Of a stretch of DNA of 64,000 nt, positions 43,289 through 53,317 are shown piece by piece (the stretch's first letter is position 1; the number at the start of each line of letters is the position of its first letter). This DNA is from Gemmatimonadales bacterium (GTDB taxonomy: Bacteria; Gemmatimonadota; Gemmatimonadetes; Gemmatimonadales; GWC2-71-9), in NCBI GenBank assembly GCA_035644115.1, contig DASQPE010000099.1, positions 319 through 64,318 of the forward strand, given 5' to 3'. The notes under the pieces are model-generated. The model was not told the origin of the DNA. It ran no database searches and worked only from the letters and a program-made list of their open reading frames with translations. Position numbers and translations under genes: made by a program.

Positions 43289-43552
43289 ATGGAAGGACTC
43301 ATTATTTCGACGGGCCTCTATCTCTGCTTCGCCCTGATCGTCGTAGGTGCCTGCCTCGCGTTCCCGTCCCGGCCCAGGGTGGTCCAGCGGCATTGGGCCG
43401 GCGTGCTCCCCGGCGACACCGTGGTGGTTCACGGGGAATCGCGGCAGGTAGTCGAGATCGATTTCGACCATGATAGCGTGCGGGTGGATCACCCGTTCGA
43501 TCTCGCACCCCAGCCCGGCGACTGGGTGGTCGTTCGGCACGCGCCGGCCTGA
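43289..43552 (+). CDS. hypothetical small membrane-anchored protein (87 aa)
   Basis: Track ORF with AGGAGG upstream and an N-terminal TM helix LIISTGLYLCFALIVVGACLAF. Confidence 0.45.
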   Translation: MEGLIISTGLYLCFALIVVGACLAFPSRPRVVQRHWAGVLPGDTVVVHGESRQVVEIDFDHDSVRVDHPFDLAPQPGDWVVVRHAPA

Positions 43553-43558
43553 CCGCGC

Positions 43559-45091
43559 CTAGTGAGGGCAAGGCAGCGAGTCGTACAGCAGCACCCTCAC
43601 GTGGACGTATCGTCGCTCCTCCACCCGGCAGACCGTCCCCTCGAGCTGAGCGGGGTACCACGCTGCCTGGGGCTCCCGCTTGCCCGCCTGCTCGTGACTG
43701 ACCACCACCCAGATCCGGCGCGATCCGGTCCGATGTGCTGCGAGCCATGAATCGAGTGTCTGGGTGAACTGCGGGTCGAACGGGTCGATCGCGCCCCAAG
43801 GCATGGAGGGGAACAGCGGTTCGGCCACGGAGCCGCCCCCGCGCTGGTCCACGTAATAGTCGAACGGCCAGCGTACGTACGGCGCCTCGAACAGGACTGC
43901 GTCATTTGGACGCGCGCGCTTGAGCAGCTCCCACGTTGCAGCCCGCCATCCTTCTTTCGGGTTACGGCCGGTATACCAGTGGACCAGCCCGCGGCCGGCG
44001 AAGCCGAGCAGCACCACCAATGCGCCGGCCCTGAGCGCTGCCGGCCGGAGGCCCGCCACGCCCGCCGCGGCGAGGAGCGCAAACGCGGGCAGGGCGACGA
44101 TCAGGTACCTGGATATGAAGATCGGCTTGAGCAGCAAGGAGAACAGGAAGCTCCCCAGCACCGGGACCAGCAACCAGGCGAGCAGAAACAGTTGGCCCCA
44201 TCGCACCGAACGGCCGCCGGCCGGCTGCCGCGCATTCCGGAAGGTCACGAGGCCGGCGCAGCAAGCGACGGCGTAGGCGATCGTCAGACCCCGTCCGCCC
44301 CGCCCGGCGAGATCGTCGAACACGTCGATCAGCGTCCCGAAGGAGGGCCGCTGTACCCACCAGAGGTTGTTACCCGAGATCATGCCGGGAATGAGCGGAC
44401 TCACGAGCAGCCCGATGCCGGCGGTGGCGGCAAGGACGTAGCGGCGCAGCCCGGTAGACCGCGGCAGCAGGAGGCCCGACACGAAGTGAGCCGCGAGTAC
44501 CAGCGCGCCGAAGAAGTGGGTGTACATGGCCGCGGCACCCACGACGGCGTATGCCGCCCAGTTCGCCGCGGTAGGACGGTCGAGGGCGCGGACAAAGAGG
44601 TATGAAGAGGTTGTCGCCAGGAACAGCACCAGCGCATAGCCGCGGGCCTCTTGCGCGCCCTGGGCCACGGCGAACGCGTTCACGGCGAACAGGAGGGCGG
44701 CGAGCGTTCCGGTGGGCTGCCCGAACAGGCGGCGGCCCAGAGCATAGATCGGCAGGACCGTAGCCGCCGCCAGAAGGGCCGAGAGCGACCGCACCGCGAG
44801 CTCGCTGGTCCCCAGGCGTACCCACCAGTGCAGCAGCACGTGATAGGGAGCCATGTTCCGCTGGGAGGAGAGCAGGAGGGTCTGGAGGTCGGCCCACTTC
44901 AGCCGGGCCATGCCCACGCTGAACGCCTCGTCCAGCCAGAGGCTCTGCGCGCCGATCCGGTAGAGGTCCAACGACGCCGCGATCGCGAGTGGGATCAGCA
45001 GACCGGCCAGCTCGAGCCAGCGCCTCCGTTGCGCCTCGGGCCCGGGGAGCGCTTGGACCCCATCCTCCACCCCGATCCCGAGCTTCGTCAC
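43559..45091 (-). CDS. glycosyltransferase family 39 (ArnT/PMT-like) membrane protein
   Basis: Track ORF of 510 aa. N-terminal motif SLWLDEAFS, many TM segments, typical GT39/PMT_2 layout. Confidence 0.8.
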   Translation of the reverse strand: MTKLGIGVEDGVQALPGPEAQRRRWLELAGLLIPLAIAASLDLYRIGAQSLWLDEAFSVGMARLKWADLQTLLLSSQRNMAPYHVLLHWWVRLGTSELAVRSLSALLAAATVLPIYALGRRLFGQPTGTLAALLFAVNAFAVAQGAQEARGYALVLFLATTSSYLFVRALDRPTAANWAAYAVVGAAAMYTHFFGALVLAAHFVSGLLLPRSTGLRRYVLAATAGIGLLVSPLIPGMISGNNLWWVQRPSFGTLIDVFDDLAGRGGRGLTIAYAVACCAGLVTFRNARQPAGGRSVRWGQLFLLAWLLVPVLGSFLFSLLLKPIFISRYLIVALPAFALLAAAGVAGLRPAALRAGALVVLLGFAGRGLVHWYTGRNPKEGWRAATWELLKRARPNDAVLFEAPYVRWPFDYYVDQRGGGSVAEPLFPSMPWGAIDPFDPQFTQTLDSWLAAHRTGSRRIWVVVSHEQAGKREPQAAWYPAQLEGTVCRVEERRYVHVRVLLYDSLPCPH

Positions 45092-45232
45092 GCGAGCGTC
45101 CCGCTCCGGCCGAAAGACCAGGGGTTGATTCGAGTCAGCCGTGAGCAGCCGGCCGGTTCACTGCTCACGAATTGGCGTGGCGACGGATGGAGCGGGAGGG
45201 GGTGCCGATGGTGCTGACCTGCTGCCTCCGAG

Positions 45233-45305
45233 CTCCCGAGGAGGGATTCGAACCCCCGACCCGCTGATTAACAGTCAGCTGCTCTACCAACTGAGCTACT
45301 CGGGA
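45233..45305 (-). tRNA. tRNA-Asn (anticodon GTT)
   Basis: Folded by hand. Acceptor TCCCGAG/CTCGGGA, D arm GCTC-AGTTGGTA-GAGC, anticodon arm GCTGA-CTGTTAA-TCAGC, T arm GGGGG-TTCGAAT-CCCTC. 73 nt, CCA not encoded. Confidence 0.9.
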
Positions 45306-45485
45306 AAGGGCTTCGCGCATCGGCGAAGCCGCTGTCAAGCTAGCCCGCTGCACTGCCAGGCTCAACCCGGCCCCTGGGCAACGGAGGACGGTCAGCGTCT
45401 CCGCTTGGTGCTATGCGCCCCGGGCCCTCGCGAGAGGCCGTCCTATGACGCAACGGGCCGCTAACCGGCCGGGGTCCCTTCTCTC

Positions 45486-47018
45486 TTAGCGCGGCGGCGG
45501 CGGCCTGTCTACCGGCAGCGTATCCCCCGGCACGACCGGCCACCCCCCACCCAAGGCTTGGTAGAGCGTGACCGCGGCGGTCGCCTCCGCCCCCTGCGCC
45601 TGCGCCAGCGACAACTCCGCGCTGAACAGGCTTCGCTGCGCATCGAGCAGGTCCAGGTAGCTCGAGAGTCCCGACTCGTAGCGCCGCTGGGCGAGCGTGA
45701 GCGCACGGCGGAGTGCGTCCACCTGGGTCTGCTGCGCGGCGACCTGGTTTCGGGTCGAGCGCACGCTGGCGAACCCGTCCTCCACCTCCCGCAGCGCGGT
45801 GAGCACTGCTTGCTGGTACCCGTACCGCGCCTGATCTGCCCGGGCCCGCGCGACGTCCACTTGCTTTCCGACCACGCCGCCGGTGAAGATAGGAACGGAC
45901 ACCTCGCCGAGGATCTGGTAGATCTCGCTCCGGGACTTGAACAACCCAGACGTGTTGGGGCTGTAGGTGCCGTAGTCGCCCACGACGGTAAAGGTGGGGA
46001 AGAGGTTCGCCTCGGCGGCCCCGATCCGCGCGACGGCGGCGTGCAGCTGGGCCTTGGCGAGCCGCACGTCCGGCCGGCGGTCCAGCACACTGGATGGCAG
46101 GAATTCCGGCAGCTTGAGCGACCCGAGCACCTCGGGGAGCACGCGCCCGCGCGGGATGCCGGCCGGGTTTCGGCCGACGAGCACGCTCAACTGGTCCTCC
46201 GCCTGTACGATCTGCCCTTCGAACTGTGCGACGCTCGCCGCCGGGCTCGCCACCTCGGACTCGAACTGGCGGACGTCCAGTTCCGAAATCACGCCTTCGC
46301 TGAACCGCCGCCGGGCGAGCCGGAGCGTTTCCCGGTTCGCGTCGAGCGTCCGACGCGAGATCTCGAGTTGGAGGTCGAGCTGGCGAAGCTGGAGATACGC
46401 GCTCGCGACGCTGCCCACCAGCGAGAGCACGACCGCGCGCTGGTTCTCCTCTTGCCCCAGGAGATCGGCCCGGGCGGCTTCTGTCGCCCGGCGGATTCGG
46501 CCCCAGACGTCGAGCTCCCAGTTCAGGTTGGCGGTGAGCTGGATTTGATTGAAGGTGAACGCGCCCAGGCTGCCGAACGTGGTCTTGGTCCGACCCGCTA
46601 CGCCGTTGCCCGTGATCTGCGGGAAGAAGTTCCCCCGGGTGGACGCCAACTGGGCCCGGAACTCCAGGACCGCCGCGACCGCCACCTTGAGATCCCGGTT
46701 CTCCCGGAGTGAGGTCTCCACCAGCTTGCGGAGCTCGGGGTCGATCAGGAGATCGAACCAGGCCAGGTTGGCGGTGGTGTCCTGCACGCGCGCCGGCATC
46801 TCGCGCGTGGTGTCCGAGGACGGCGCGGGCGCGGCCGGCTCGAGCGGCTCGGTGTCCCGGTGCGCCCGTAGGGAGTCGTAAAACGGCCGGAGCGTGTCGG
46901 CCACCGCGGGCGTCGGGCGCCAGTCGGCCGGCGCCTCGGGATTCGGCTCCCGGAACGAGGGGCCGACGCATGCCGCGGCGACGAACGCGAGGGCTCCCGC
47001 GGCCACAAGGCGGCGCAT
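45486..47018 (-). CDS. RND efflux outer-membrane factor lipoprotein (NodT family)
   Basis: Track ORF of 510 aa. Lipobox FVAAAC, two OEP repeats, adjacent to the RND pump. Confidence 0.9.
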   Translation of the reverse strand: MRRLVAAGALAFVAAACVGPSFREPNPEAPADWRPTPAVADTLRPFYDSLRAHRDTEPLEPAAPAPSSDTTREMPARVQDTTANLAWFDLLIDPELRKLVETSLRENRDLKVAVAAVLEFRAQLASTRGNFFPQITGNGVAGRTKTTFGSLGAFTFNQIQLTANLNWELDVWGRIRRATEAARADLLGQEENQRAVVLSLVGSVASAYLQLRQLDLQLEISRRTLDANRETLRLARRRFSEGVISELDVRQFESEVASPAASVAQFEGQIVQAEDQLSVLVGRNPAGIPRGRVLPEVLGSLKLPEFLPSSVLDRRPDVRLAKAQLHAAVARIGAAEANLFPTFTVVGDYGTYSPNTSGLFKSRSEIYQILGEVSVPIFTGGVVGKQVDVARARADQARYGYQQAVLTALREVEDGFASVRSTRNQVAAQQTQVDALRRALTLAQRRYESGLSSYLDLLDAQRSLFSAELSLAQAQGAEATAAVTLYQALGGGWPVVPGDTLPVDRPPPPR

Positions 47019-47019
47019 C

Positions 47020-50000
47020 TCAGTGTTCGCCTTCGGAGGATGGTGTGGCGCCGGCGCCCATCGGGGCCGGAGCCACCGCGCCTCGGCGGAAGAGGCCGCG
47101 CTCGCCTAGCCCCCGGATCAGATAGAAGAAGAGCGGAATGAAGAAGATGCCGACCGTCGTGGCGAACAGCATCCCGAAGAACACCCCCGTCCCGATCGAG
47201 TGCCGGCTCTGCGCGCCGGCGCCGGTCGCGACCAGGAGCGGGGCCACACCGAGGATGAAGGCGAAAGACGTCATGAGGATGGGCCGGAATCGCTCACGCG
47301 CGGCCTCGACCGCGGCGTCCCGGAGCGACCGCCCCTGAGCCCGGAGTTCGTTCGCGAACTCCACGATCAGGATCGCGTTCTTGGCCGCGAGCCCCACCAC
47401 GACCAGCATGCCGATCTGGAAGTACACGTCGCTCGCCATTCCGCGGACCCACACGCCGAGGAACGCGCCGAGAACGCCGAACGGGATGCCGAACAGAACG
47501 GCGAACGGGATGGACCAGCTCTCGTATTGCGCGGCGAGCACGAGGAACACCATGACGATGCCGAAGACGAAGATCAGCGTGCCTTGCCCGCCCGCCGCGC
47601 GCTCCTGGTAGGATTGCCCGCTCAGCCCGTACCCGATCCCGCGCGCCGCGAACTCCGACTGGACCAGGCGATCCACAGCCGCGAGCATCTGGCCCGAGCT
47701 GTACCCCGGCTTCGGGGAGCCAGTGACGAACGCGGAGGTGAAGCCGGTGAACCGCTGCACCAGGCTCGGCCCCCCCTGGAATTGGATCTGCGTCAAGGTG
47801 GAGATGGGGATCATAGTCGTGTCCCCGCCCGGACCCCGTACGTAGAGCCGCCCGATGTCGTCCGGTCTTTGCCTGAACCGCGGCTGAGCCTCGATCTGCA
47901 CCCGGTAGGTCCTCCCATACAGGTTGAAATCGTTCACGTAGAGCGTCGAAAGCATTGCCTGAAGCGTCTGGAAGACGTCCGTGAGCGAGACGCCGAGTGA
48001 TTTCACCTTCGGCCGGTCGACCCGGACGTAGACCTGCGGCACGTTGACCCGCATCAGCGTCTGCACGCCCTGGAGCTCGGGAAGCGCGTTCGCTCGCTGG
48101 ACGAACTCGTTCACGAGCCCGGCGAACTTCCGGATATCATTGACCCCGCGGTCCTGGAGATTGAGCTCGAGTCCCGCGGTCGTCCCCAGCCCGGGGATCT
48201 CGGGCAGGTTGAAGGCGAAGCCGACTGCCTTGTCCAGGGAGAAGAGGAACCGGTTCGTTCCCATGACCACGGCGTCGATCTGGTCCTCCTTCCGGGTGCG
48301 CTCGTCCCAGGGCTTGAGGAGCACGAACATGGAGGCCGAGTTCGTCTGGTTGCTGCCGAGGATGAAGTTCAAGCCGTTGAGCGCGACGACGTACCGGACC
48401 GCGGGCTGGCGTTTCAGGTAGTTCTCGATTTGGGCCGTAACCTCCTCGGTCCGCTGCAGGGACGCGCCATCCGGCAGCTGCACCGCGAGGGCGAAGTACC
48501 CCTTGTCTTCGGTGGGGATGAACCCGCTCGGCACGCGTCGCGCGAGCACGACGATCAGCACCACGACGACCGCGAAGCACGCAAGCCACGGTCGGGGCCG
48601 GGCGATCACCCGCCCCACGCCTCCGACATAGCCATTCGTGATGTTGCCGAAGGTCCGGTTGAACCACTGGGCGGCCCGGTTGGTTGGGCGGGCGTGCTCC
48701 TCCTTGAGCAGCACGGCGCAGAGCGCCGGCGTCAGCGTGAGCGCGACGATCCCCGAGATCACCACCGAGATCACCAGGGTGATCGCGAACTGTTTGAACA
48801 TCGCGCCCGTGATCCCGCCCAGGAACGCGACCGGAATGAACACCGAGCAGAGCGACAGCACGATCGCGACCAGCGCCCCGGCCACCTGCCCCATCGCCCG
48901 GTCGGCGGCCACCGCCGGCGGCAAGTGTTCCTCGGCCATGACCCGCTCGACGTTCTCGATCACCACGATGGCGTCGTCCACTACGATTCCGATCGCGAGC
49001 ACCAGCGCGAAGAGCGTGAGCAGGTTGATGGTGAACCCGAGGAGGAGCAGCCCGAAGAAAGCTCCGACGATCGCCACCGGTACCGCGAGTAGCGGGATGA
49101 GCGTCGTGCGCCAGTTCTGGAGGAAGACGAAGACCACCAGCATGACCAGCGCCATCGCCTCGAACAGGGTCTTGACCACCTCGTCCACCGACGCGGTGAT
49201 GAACGGCGTCGTGTCGAATGGGATGTACCACGAGACCCCGGCCGGGAAATTCCGGGCGAGTTCGTTCATCCGGGCTACGACGGCATTCTTCACGTTCAGC
49301 GAGTTGGCGCCCGGCCTGAGATACACCAGAAGGTTGGCCGTGGGCACGCTGTTCACCTTGCCCAGCAGGTCGTAGCTCTGGGAACCGAGGCTGACCCGGC
49401 CGATGTCCTTTACCCGGACCAGCTGGCCTCCGGGCGCGGCCCGGACGATGATGTCCTCGAACTCCTTCGGATCCTTGAGGCGTCCGAGCGTGGTCACGGG
49501 CAGGGTGAGCTGGTTGTTCTTCGGGGCGGGCTCCCGGCCCACGCGGCCGGCCGGGTTGGTCGTGTTCTGCTCCCGCACCGCCTCCTGCACGTCTGAGACC
49601 GTGATGCCGAGCTGCGCCATTCGGTCCGGGTCGAGGCTCAGGAGCATAGAGAATTGGAGCTGCCCGAAGGTACGGGCGTCCCCCACGCCCGGAATCCGCT
49701 TCAGCTCGTCCTCGACGTAGATCTTGCTGTAGTTGCTGAGATAGCTCGCGTCGTACCGCGGGTCCTTCGAGCTGAGAGCGATCACGGCGAGGATGTCGGT
49801 CTGCGCCTTGGTCACCGTGATGCCCTGCCGGACGACCTCCTGCGGGAGCTGCGGCTGGGCCACGCTGAGCTGGTTTTGGACGTCCACCGCCGCGAGGTCG
49901 AGGTCCCGCGAGATGTCGAAGTAGACCTGGAGGCTGTACGTGCCGTCGCTCGAGCTCGATGACTTGAAGTAGAGCAAGCGGTCCAGCCCCGAGAGCTGCT

Positions 50001-50220
50001 GCTCGATCGGCGCCGCCACCGCCGCTGCCACGTCCTCCGCGGTCGCGCCCGGATAGGTGGCCGCGACCTGCACGGAGGGCGGGGTGATGGACGGGTAGCG
50101 GTTGATCGGCAGGGTGAAGAGCGCGACCAGCCCCAGCAGCACGATCACGATCGCGATCACGGCCGCGAAGATTGGTCGCCGGACGAAGAGGTACCGGATC
50201 TCTGGGGTCGTCCCGCTCAC
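47020..50220 (-). CDS. RND multidrug efflux permease (AcrB/HAE1 family)
   Basis: Track ORF of 1066 aa. FVRRPIFAAVIAIVI N-terminus and a 12-TM AcrB architecture. Confidence 0.95.
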   Translation of the reverse strand: MSGTTPEIRYLFVRRPIFAAVIAIVIVLLGLVALFTLPINRYPSITPPSVQVAATYPGATAEDVAAAVAAPIEQQLSGLDRLLYFKSSSSSDGTYSLQVYFDISRDLDLAAVDVQNQLSVAQPQLPQEVVRQGITVTKAQTDILAVIALSSKDPRYDASYLSNYSKIYVEDELKRIPGVGDARTFGQLQFSMLLSLDPDRMAQLGITVSDVQEAVREQNTTNPAGRVGREPAPKNNQLTLPVTTLGRLKDPKEFEDIIVRAAPGGQLVRVKDIGRVSLGSQSYDLLGKVNSVPTANLLVYLRPGANSLNVKNAVVARMNELARNFPAGVSWYIPFDTTPFITASVDEVVKTLFEAMALVMLVVFVFLQNWRTTLIPLLAVPVAIVGAFFGLLLLGFTINLLTLFALVLAIGIVVDDAIVVIENVERVMAEEHLPPAVAADRAMGQVAGALVAIVLSLCSVFIPVAFLGGITGAMFKQFAITLVISVVISGIVALTLTPALCAVLLKEEHARPTNRAAQWFNRTFGNITNGYVGGVGRVIARPRPWLACFAVVVVLIVVLARRVPSGFIPTEDKGYFALAVQLPDGASLQRTEEVTAQIENYLKRQPAVRYVVALNGLNFILGSNQTNSASMFVLLKPWDERTRKEDQIDAVVMGTNRFLFSLDKAVGFAFNLPEIPGLGTTAGLELNLQDRGVNDIRKFAGLVNEFVQRANALPELQGVQTLMRVNVPQVYVRVDRPKVKSLGVSLTDVFQTLQAMLSTLYVNDFNLYGRTYRVQIEAQPRFRQRPDDIGRLYVRGPGGDTTMIPISTLTQIQFQGGPSLVQRFTGFTSAFVTGSPKPGYSSGQMLAAVDRLVQSEFAARGIGYGLSGQSYQERAAGGQGTLIFVFGIVMVFLVLAAQYESWSIPFAVLFGIPFGVLGAFLGVWVRGMASDVYFQIGMLVVVGLAAKNAILIVEFANELRAQGRSLRDAAVEAARERFRPILMTSFAFILGVAPLLVATGAGAQSRHSIGTGVFFGMLFATTVGIFFIPLFFYLIRGLGERGLFRRGAVAPAPMGAGATPSSEGEH

Positions 50221-51506
50221 GGCCGGCGCCTCGGTTTCGCGGTGGTGTCCATGATCGGTGGCGCCGCCGACGGAACGGCTAGGAGGGTGCTGTCAGCCTG
50301 CTCCCGGAGCGTGGTATCCGCCTCGGGCCGGTAGGCGACCGTCCGCACCGGCTGGCCGGGCGCCATCTTCTGGGTGCCGTCCACCAGGACCTTGTCGCCG
50401 GGCCGAAGCCCGCTCTCGATGACCCACCGAGTGCCCTCCCATGACGAGGCCGCCACGTTCCGGGAGACCGGCTTGTTGCTGTCCCCTAGCACGTACACAT
50501 ACGGTCCGTTCAGGCCCTGCTGCACCGCCCGCTGCGGCACCAGGATCGCATTGTTGCGCTTGATGCCGATCACGCGGACCCGCACGTATTGCCCCGGCAG
50601 CAGGATATGGCGCGCGTTGGGGAACTCCGCCCGGAGCTGCAGCGCGCCTGTGTTCTGCGCGAGCTCGACCGCGATGAAGTTGACCCGCCCGGTGTCGGGC
50701 AGCACGCTCCCGTCGCCCAGGACGGCCTGCACCGCGAGCATGCCCGGCGGGACGGTGATGCGTCCGGTGGCGATGTCCCGCCGCCATTGGAGCACGTCCT
50801 GGTCCGACGGGTTGAAGTAGACGTAGATCGGGTCCACCCGGTCCACGGTGGTAAGCAGGTCGCTCGACCCCGACGTGAGCGCACCGAGCTGCAGGCGGGC
50901 GCGCCCGGCCCGGCCGTCGATCTCCGCCCGGACGAAGCTGTCGTCGTAGTTCTTCTTCGCCGCGGCCACCGCCGCCTCCCCGTCCCGCACCGCGGCCTGC
51001 GCCTCGTCATACGCCGCCTGGGCGTTGTCCACGTCCTGCTGGGCCACCGCCCGCTCGGAGAGCAGCGGCTTCAGGCGCTTGTAGGTACGGTCGGCGTTGG
51101 CCAGTAGGGCCCGGCTCTGGGCCAGCTTGGCCTGCGCGCTCCGCAGGTTGGCGAGATAGGTACGCGGATCGATACGATAGAGCACCGTCCCCTTCTTCAC
51201 GTCGGTGCCTTCGATGTACGGCCGCTCGACGATGATCCCGGAGACCTGCGCCCGCACCTGCGCGGTGTTCGAGGCCGCGGCCTGGCCGACCCACTCGTTC
51301 TGGGACGGCACGGTCTGCCCCGCCACGGTTAGCACGCTCACCTCCGCCATCGGTGGCGGCGTGGGCCCCTGCTTGCGGCAGCCGGCAACGAAGAGCGGCA
51401 GTGTGCTGATGAAAACGGCACATCTTGCCCACCGGCCGGTGGACCTGGTGGCTGCTGGATTCACGTCACCCCCTCGTGCGCGGCACACTCTAATTCCAGC
51501 AAGCAT
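50217..51506 (-). CDS. RND efflux periplasmic adaptor (membrane fusion protein)
   Basis: Track ORF. Lipobox FVAGC and a HlyD/AcrA-like coiled-coil hairpin. ATGA-type 4-nt overlap with the pump gene. The start may be internal. Confidence 0.9.
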   Translation of the reverse strand: MLAGIRVCRARGGDVNPAATRSTGRWARCAVFISTLPLFVAGCRKQGPTPPPMAEVSVLTVAGQTVPSQNEWVGQAAASNTAQVRAQVSGIIVERPYIEGTDVKKGTVLYRIDPRTYLANLRSAQAKLAQSRALLANADRTYKRLKPLLSERAVAQQDVDNAQAAYDEAQAAVRDGEAAVAAAKKNYDDSFVRAEIDGRAGRARLQLGALTSGSSDLLTTVDRVDPIYVYFNPSDQDVLQWRRDIATGRITVPPGMLAVQAVLGDGSVLPDTGRVNFIAVELAQNTGALQLRAEFPNARHILLPGQYVRVRVIGIKRNNAILVPQRAVQQGLNGPYVYVLGDSNKPVSRNVAASSWEGTRWVIESGLRPGDKVLVDGTQKMAPGQPVRTVAYRPEADTTLREQADSTLLAVPSAAPPIMDTTAKPRRRP

Positions 51507-51644
51507 AACGGCTACAGCATCGCGCGGCGAATCTGGTTACCCGGATGTAACTCGTCTCCGGAGTGAAACTGACGTTCTCAGCCGGTCAGGGCCGGCTCCA
51601 TCGCGACCGGTTGTATGTCCAGCTTACGGTTTGTCAGGACGCGC

Positions 51645-51905
51645 TCAACTCTCGACCAGGGCTTCATGGATGTAGCACCACGCCCACCCGCGCTCGATGG
51701 AGCGTACGATGGGGTGAGCGGTATCTCGAAAATGACCCGACGCATGCTTGCCGGGAGAAGAATCGCAGCAGCCCACGTGACCGCAGGTGAGGCAGACCCG
51801 CAACTCAACCCATCGCTGCCCCAGCGCGAGACACTCTTCACAGCCCTCGGTCCGCGGATCGACCGGCCGGGCTTCTGACAGATGGCGGCAGGATACCGCG
51901 TTCAC
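51645..51905 (-). CDS. UBP-type zinc-finger protein
   Basis: Track ORF. CEECL...RVCLTCGHVGCCDSSPGKHASGHF is the zf-UBP pattern. Confidence 0.75.
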   Translation of the reverse strand: MNAVSCRHLSEARPVDPRTEGCEECLALGQRWVELRVCLTCGHVGCCDSSPGKHASGHFRDTAHPIVRSIERGWAWCYIHEALVES

Positions 51906-51917
51906 CGGCCCGCCAGC

Positions 51918-52844
51918 TCAGTGGGAGCCGACCGGATCCGGAGCGAGCGGCCCTATATCTAGCTTCAGCACCTGCTCCGCCCCCCGCCCCTGCAGCTCGC
52001 CGCCCAACAGGTCCGCAGAGCCCCGCTTCTTGAGGTGCACCGTATAGTCGAGATATCGACCGGACTCACCTTCGGCGGAGACGACGAATTCCCAGCGTTT
52101 CGCCAGCTCATCCAGCACGGGCTCGACCGCTCGGCGGCCCAACCCCGGGTCACGCACGAACACCCGCACCCTCAAGTCGCGGACACTCTCCTTGCCGTTT
52201 GCCTGAGCGGGCACCGGGTCGGCCGGATGCGCCGACACGGTCGCGTCGGCAGGTCTCGCTTCGTCGCCGCATAGTTTGCACAGCGTCTCATCATGCCCCG
52301 CCCCAATGTCGAATTTCCACAGCGCGAGCTCGACGATGGAGAACAGGAGCGACAGCGCGAACGCGATCTCCGGCTGATGGACGCCAGTGCTGAACCCAAT
52401 GCCGAGCGCGCCGAAGATGTACACCGCGTCGCGCGACTCCTTCAGCGTGTTCCGGAACCGCACGGCGGCCACGATTCCGGCGAGGCTGAACGCCAGCGCC
52501 AGGCTGTTCTGGACGACGATCAGAATCGCGGCGACGGTGATGGGCAGGACGATCACGGTCTGCACCAGGGAGGCGTCGTACTTGTGGCGGGTACGAGTCC
52601 GGACGTAGACCAATGCGATCGGGAGGACCAGCACGAGCGCGCTGACCATCTGCAGCGCCGCGTCCGCCCAACCCGGAAATCGTCCCTCGCCTGAGCTCAT
52701 CGCAGGTGGCAGGAACGCAACCACCCGCCTCAGGGCGAAGAGCACAACCCCCGCACCCAGGTAGTACACCACGAGACGAACCAGCGTCGTTCGCCCGATG
52801 TCGCGTGACCTGGAGGCGGCCAGCGGGCTTGTCGGCTGACTCAC
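51918..52844 (-). CDS. DUF4956 (MgtC-like) membrane protein with C-terminal soluble domain
   Basis: GTG 52844 is preceded by AGGAGG and is in frame with track ORF 51918..53390. Core GIVAAVRFRNTLKESRDAVYIFGALGIGFSTG. Confidence 0.7.
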   Translation of the reverse strand: MSQPTSPLAASRSRDIGRTTLVRLVVYYLGAGVVLFALRRVVAFLPPAMSSGEGRFPGWADAALQMVSALVLVLPIALVYVRTRTRHKYDASLVQTVIVLPITVAAILIVVQNSLALAFSLAGIVAAVRFRNTLKESRDAVYIFGALGIGFSTGVHQPEIAFALSLLFSIVELALWKFDIGAGHDETLCKLCGDEARPADATVSAHPADPVPAQANGKESVRDLRVRVFVRDPGLGRRAVEPVLDELAKRWEFVVSAEGESGRYLDYTVHLKKRGSADLLGGELQGRGAEQVLKLDIGPLAPDPVGSH

Positions 52845-52903
52845 CGAACCTCCTGTTATCGCGCTGGATCGAAAGGTAATCGCCGCTCGATGCCAAACCG
52901 AGC

Positions 52904-53317
52904 TTATCGCGACGCGGCCCGAAGCTTCAGGGCGGGATCCGGTCGCACCGCCCGAACATAGGCACCCGGTGTGAGCCCCAGGTAGTACTTGAAATGACGA
53001 GTCAGATGGCTCTGGTCCGCAAAGCCGGCCGCATGCGCCGCCTCGGCGATGGGCATTCCCCCGGCGAGCAGCCCGCACGCCCGCGAGATCCGCAGGCGAA
53101 GCAGATAGGCGTGCGGCGGCAGCCCCACCTGGGTCCGGAACAACCTCACGAGGTGCGACTTGCTCAGCTGGACCGCTCGGGCCAGCGCATCCAGCGACAC
53201 CGGCCCCGCCGCCGCCTCTAGATAAGCTACCGCCCGCGAAACCGCCGGATGTTCCGGCTCGGTTCGCTGAAGCCGCCGCGGTGCTATGGCGACCACGCCT
53301 GGTGCGCTGACAGTCAT
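52904..53317 (-). CDS. AraC-family HTH transcriptional regulator (DNA-binding domain only)
   Basis: Track ORF of 137 aa. LARAVQLSKSHLVRLFR...IAEAAHAAGFADQSHLTRHFK. Confidence 0.85.
   Translation of the reverse strand: MTVSAPGVVAIAPRRLQRTEPEHPAVSRAVAYLEAAAGPVSLDALARAVQLSKSHLVRLFRTQVGLPPHAYLLRLRISRACGLLAGGMPIAEAAHAAGFADQSHLTRHFKYYLGLTPGAYVRAVRPDPALKLRAASR

Noticed and set aside
45165-45365. Track ORFs running through the tRNA genes (45165..45365 minus; N-terminus of 59721..60197 plus)
   Set aside because: They are translations of tRNA sequence (e.g. ..VAQLVEQLTVNQRVGGSNPS..). The real downstream gene starts at 59805.
45091-45486. Integrative element or prophage at tRNA-Asn or tRNA-Lys
   Set aside because: I found no integrase, excisionase, phage gene or duplicated tRNA 3' segment (att repeat) anywhere in the window. 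Flanking genes are ordinary chromosomal functions.
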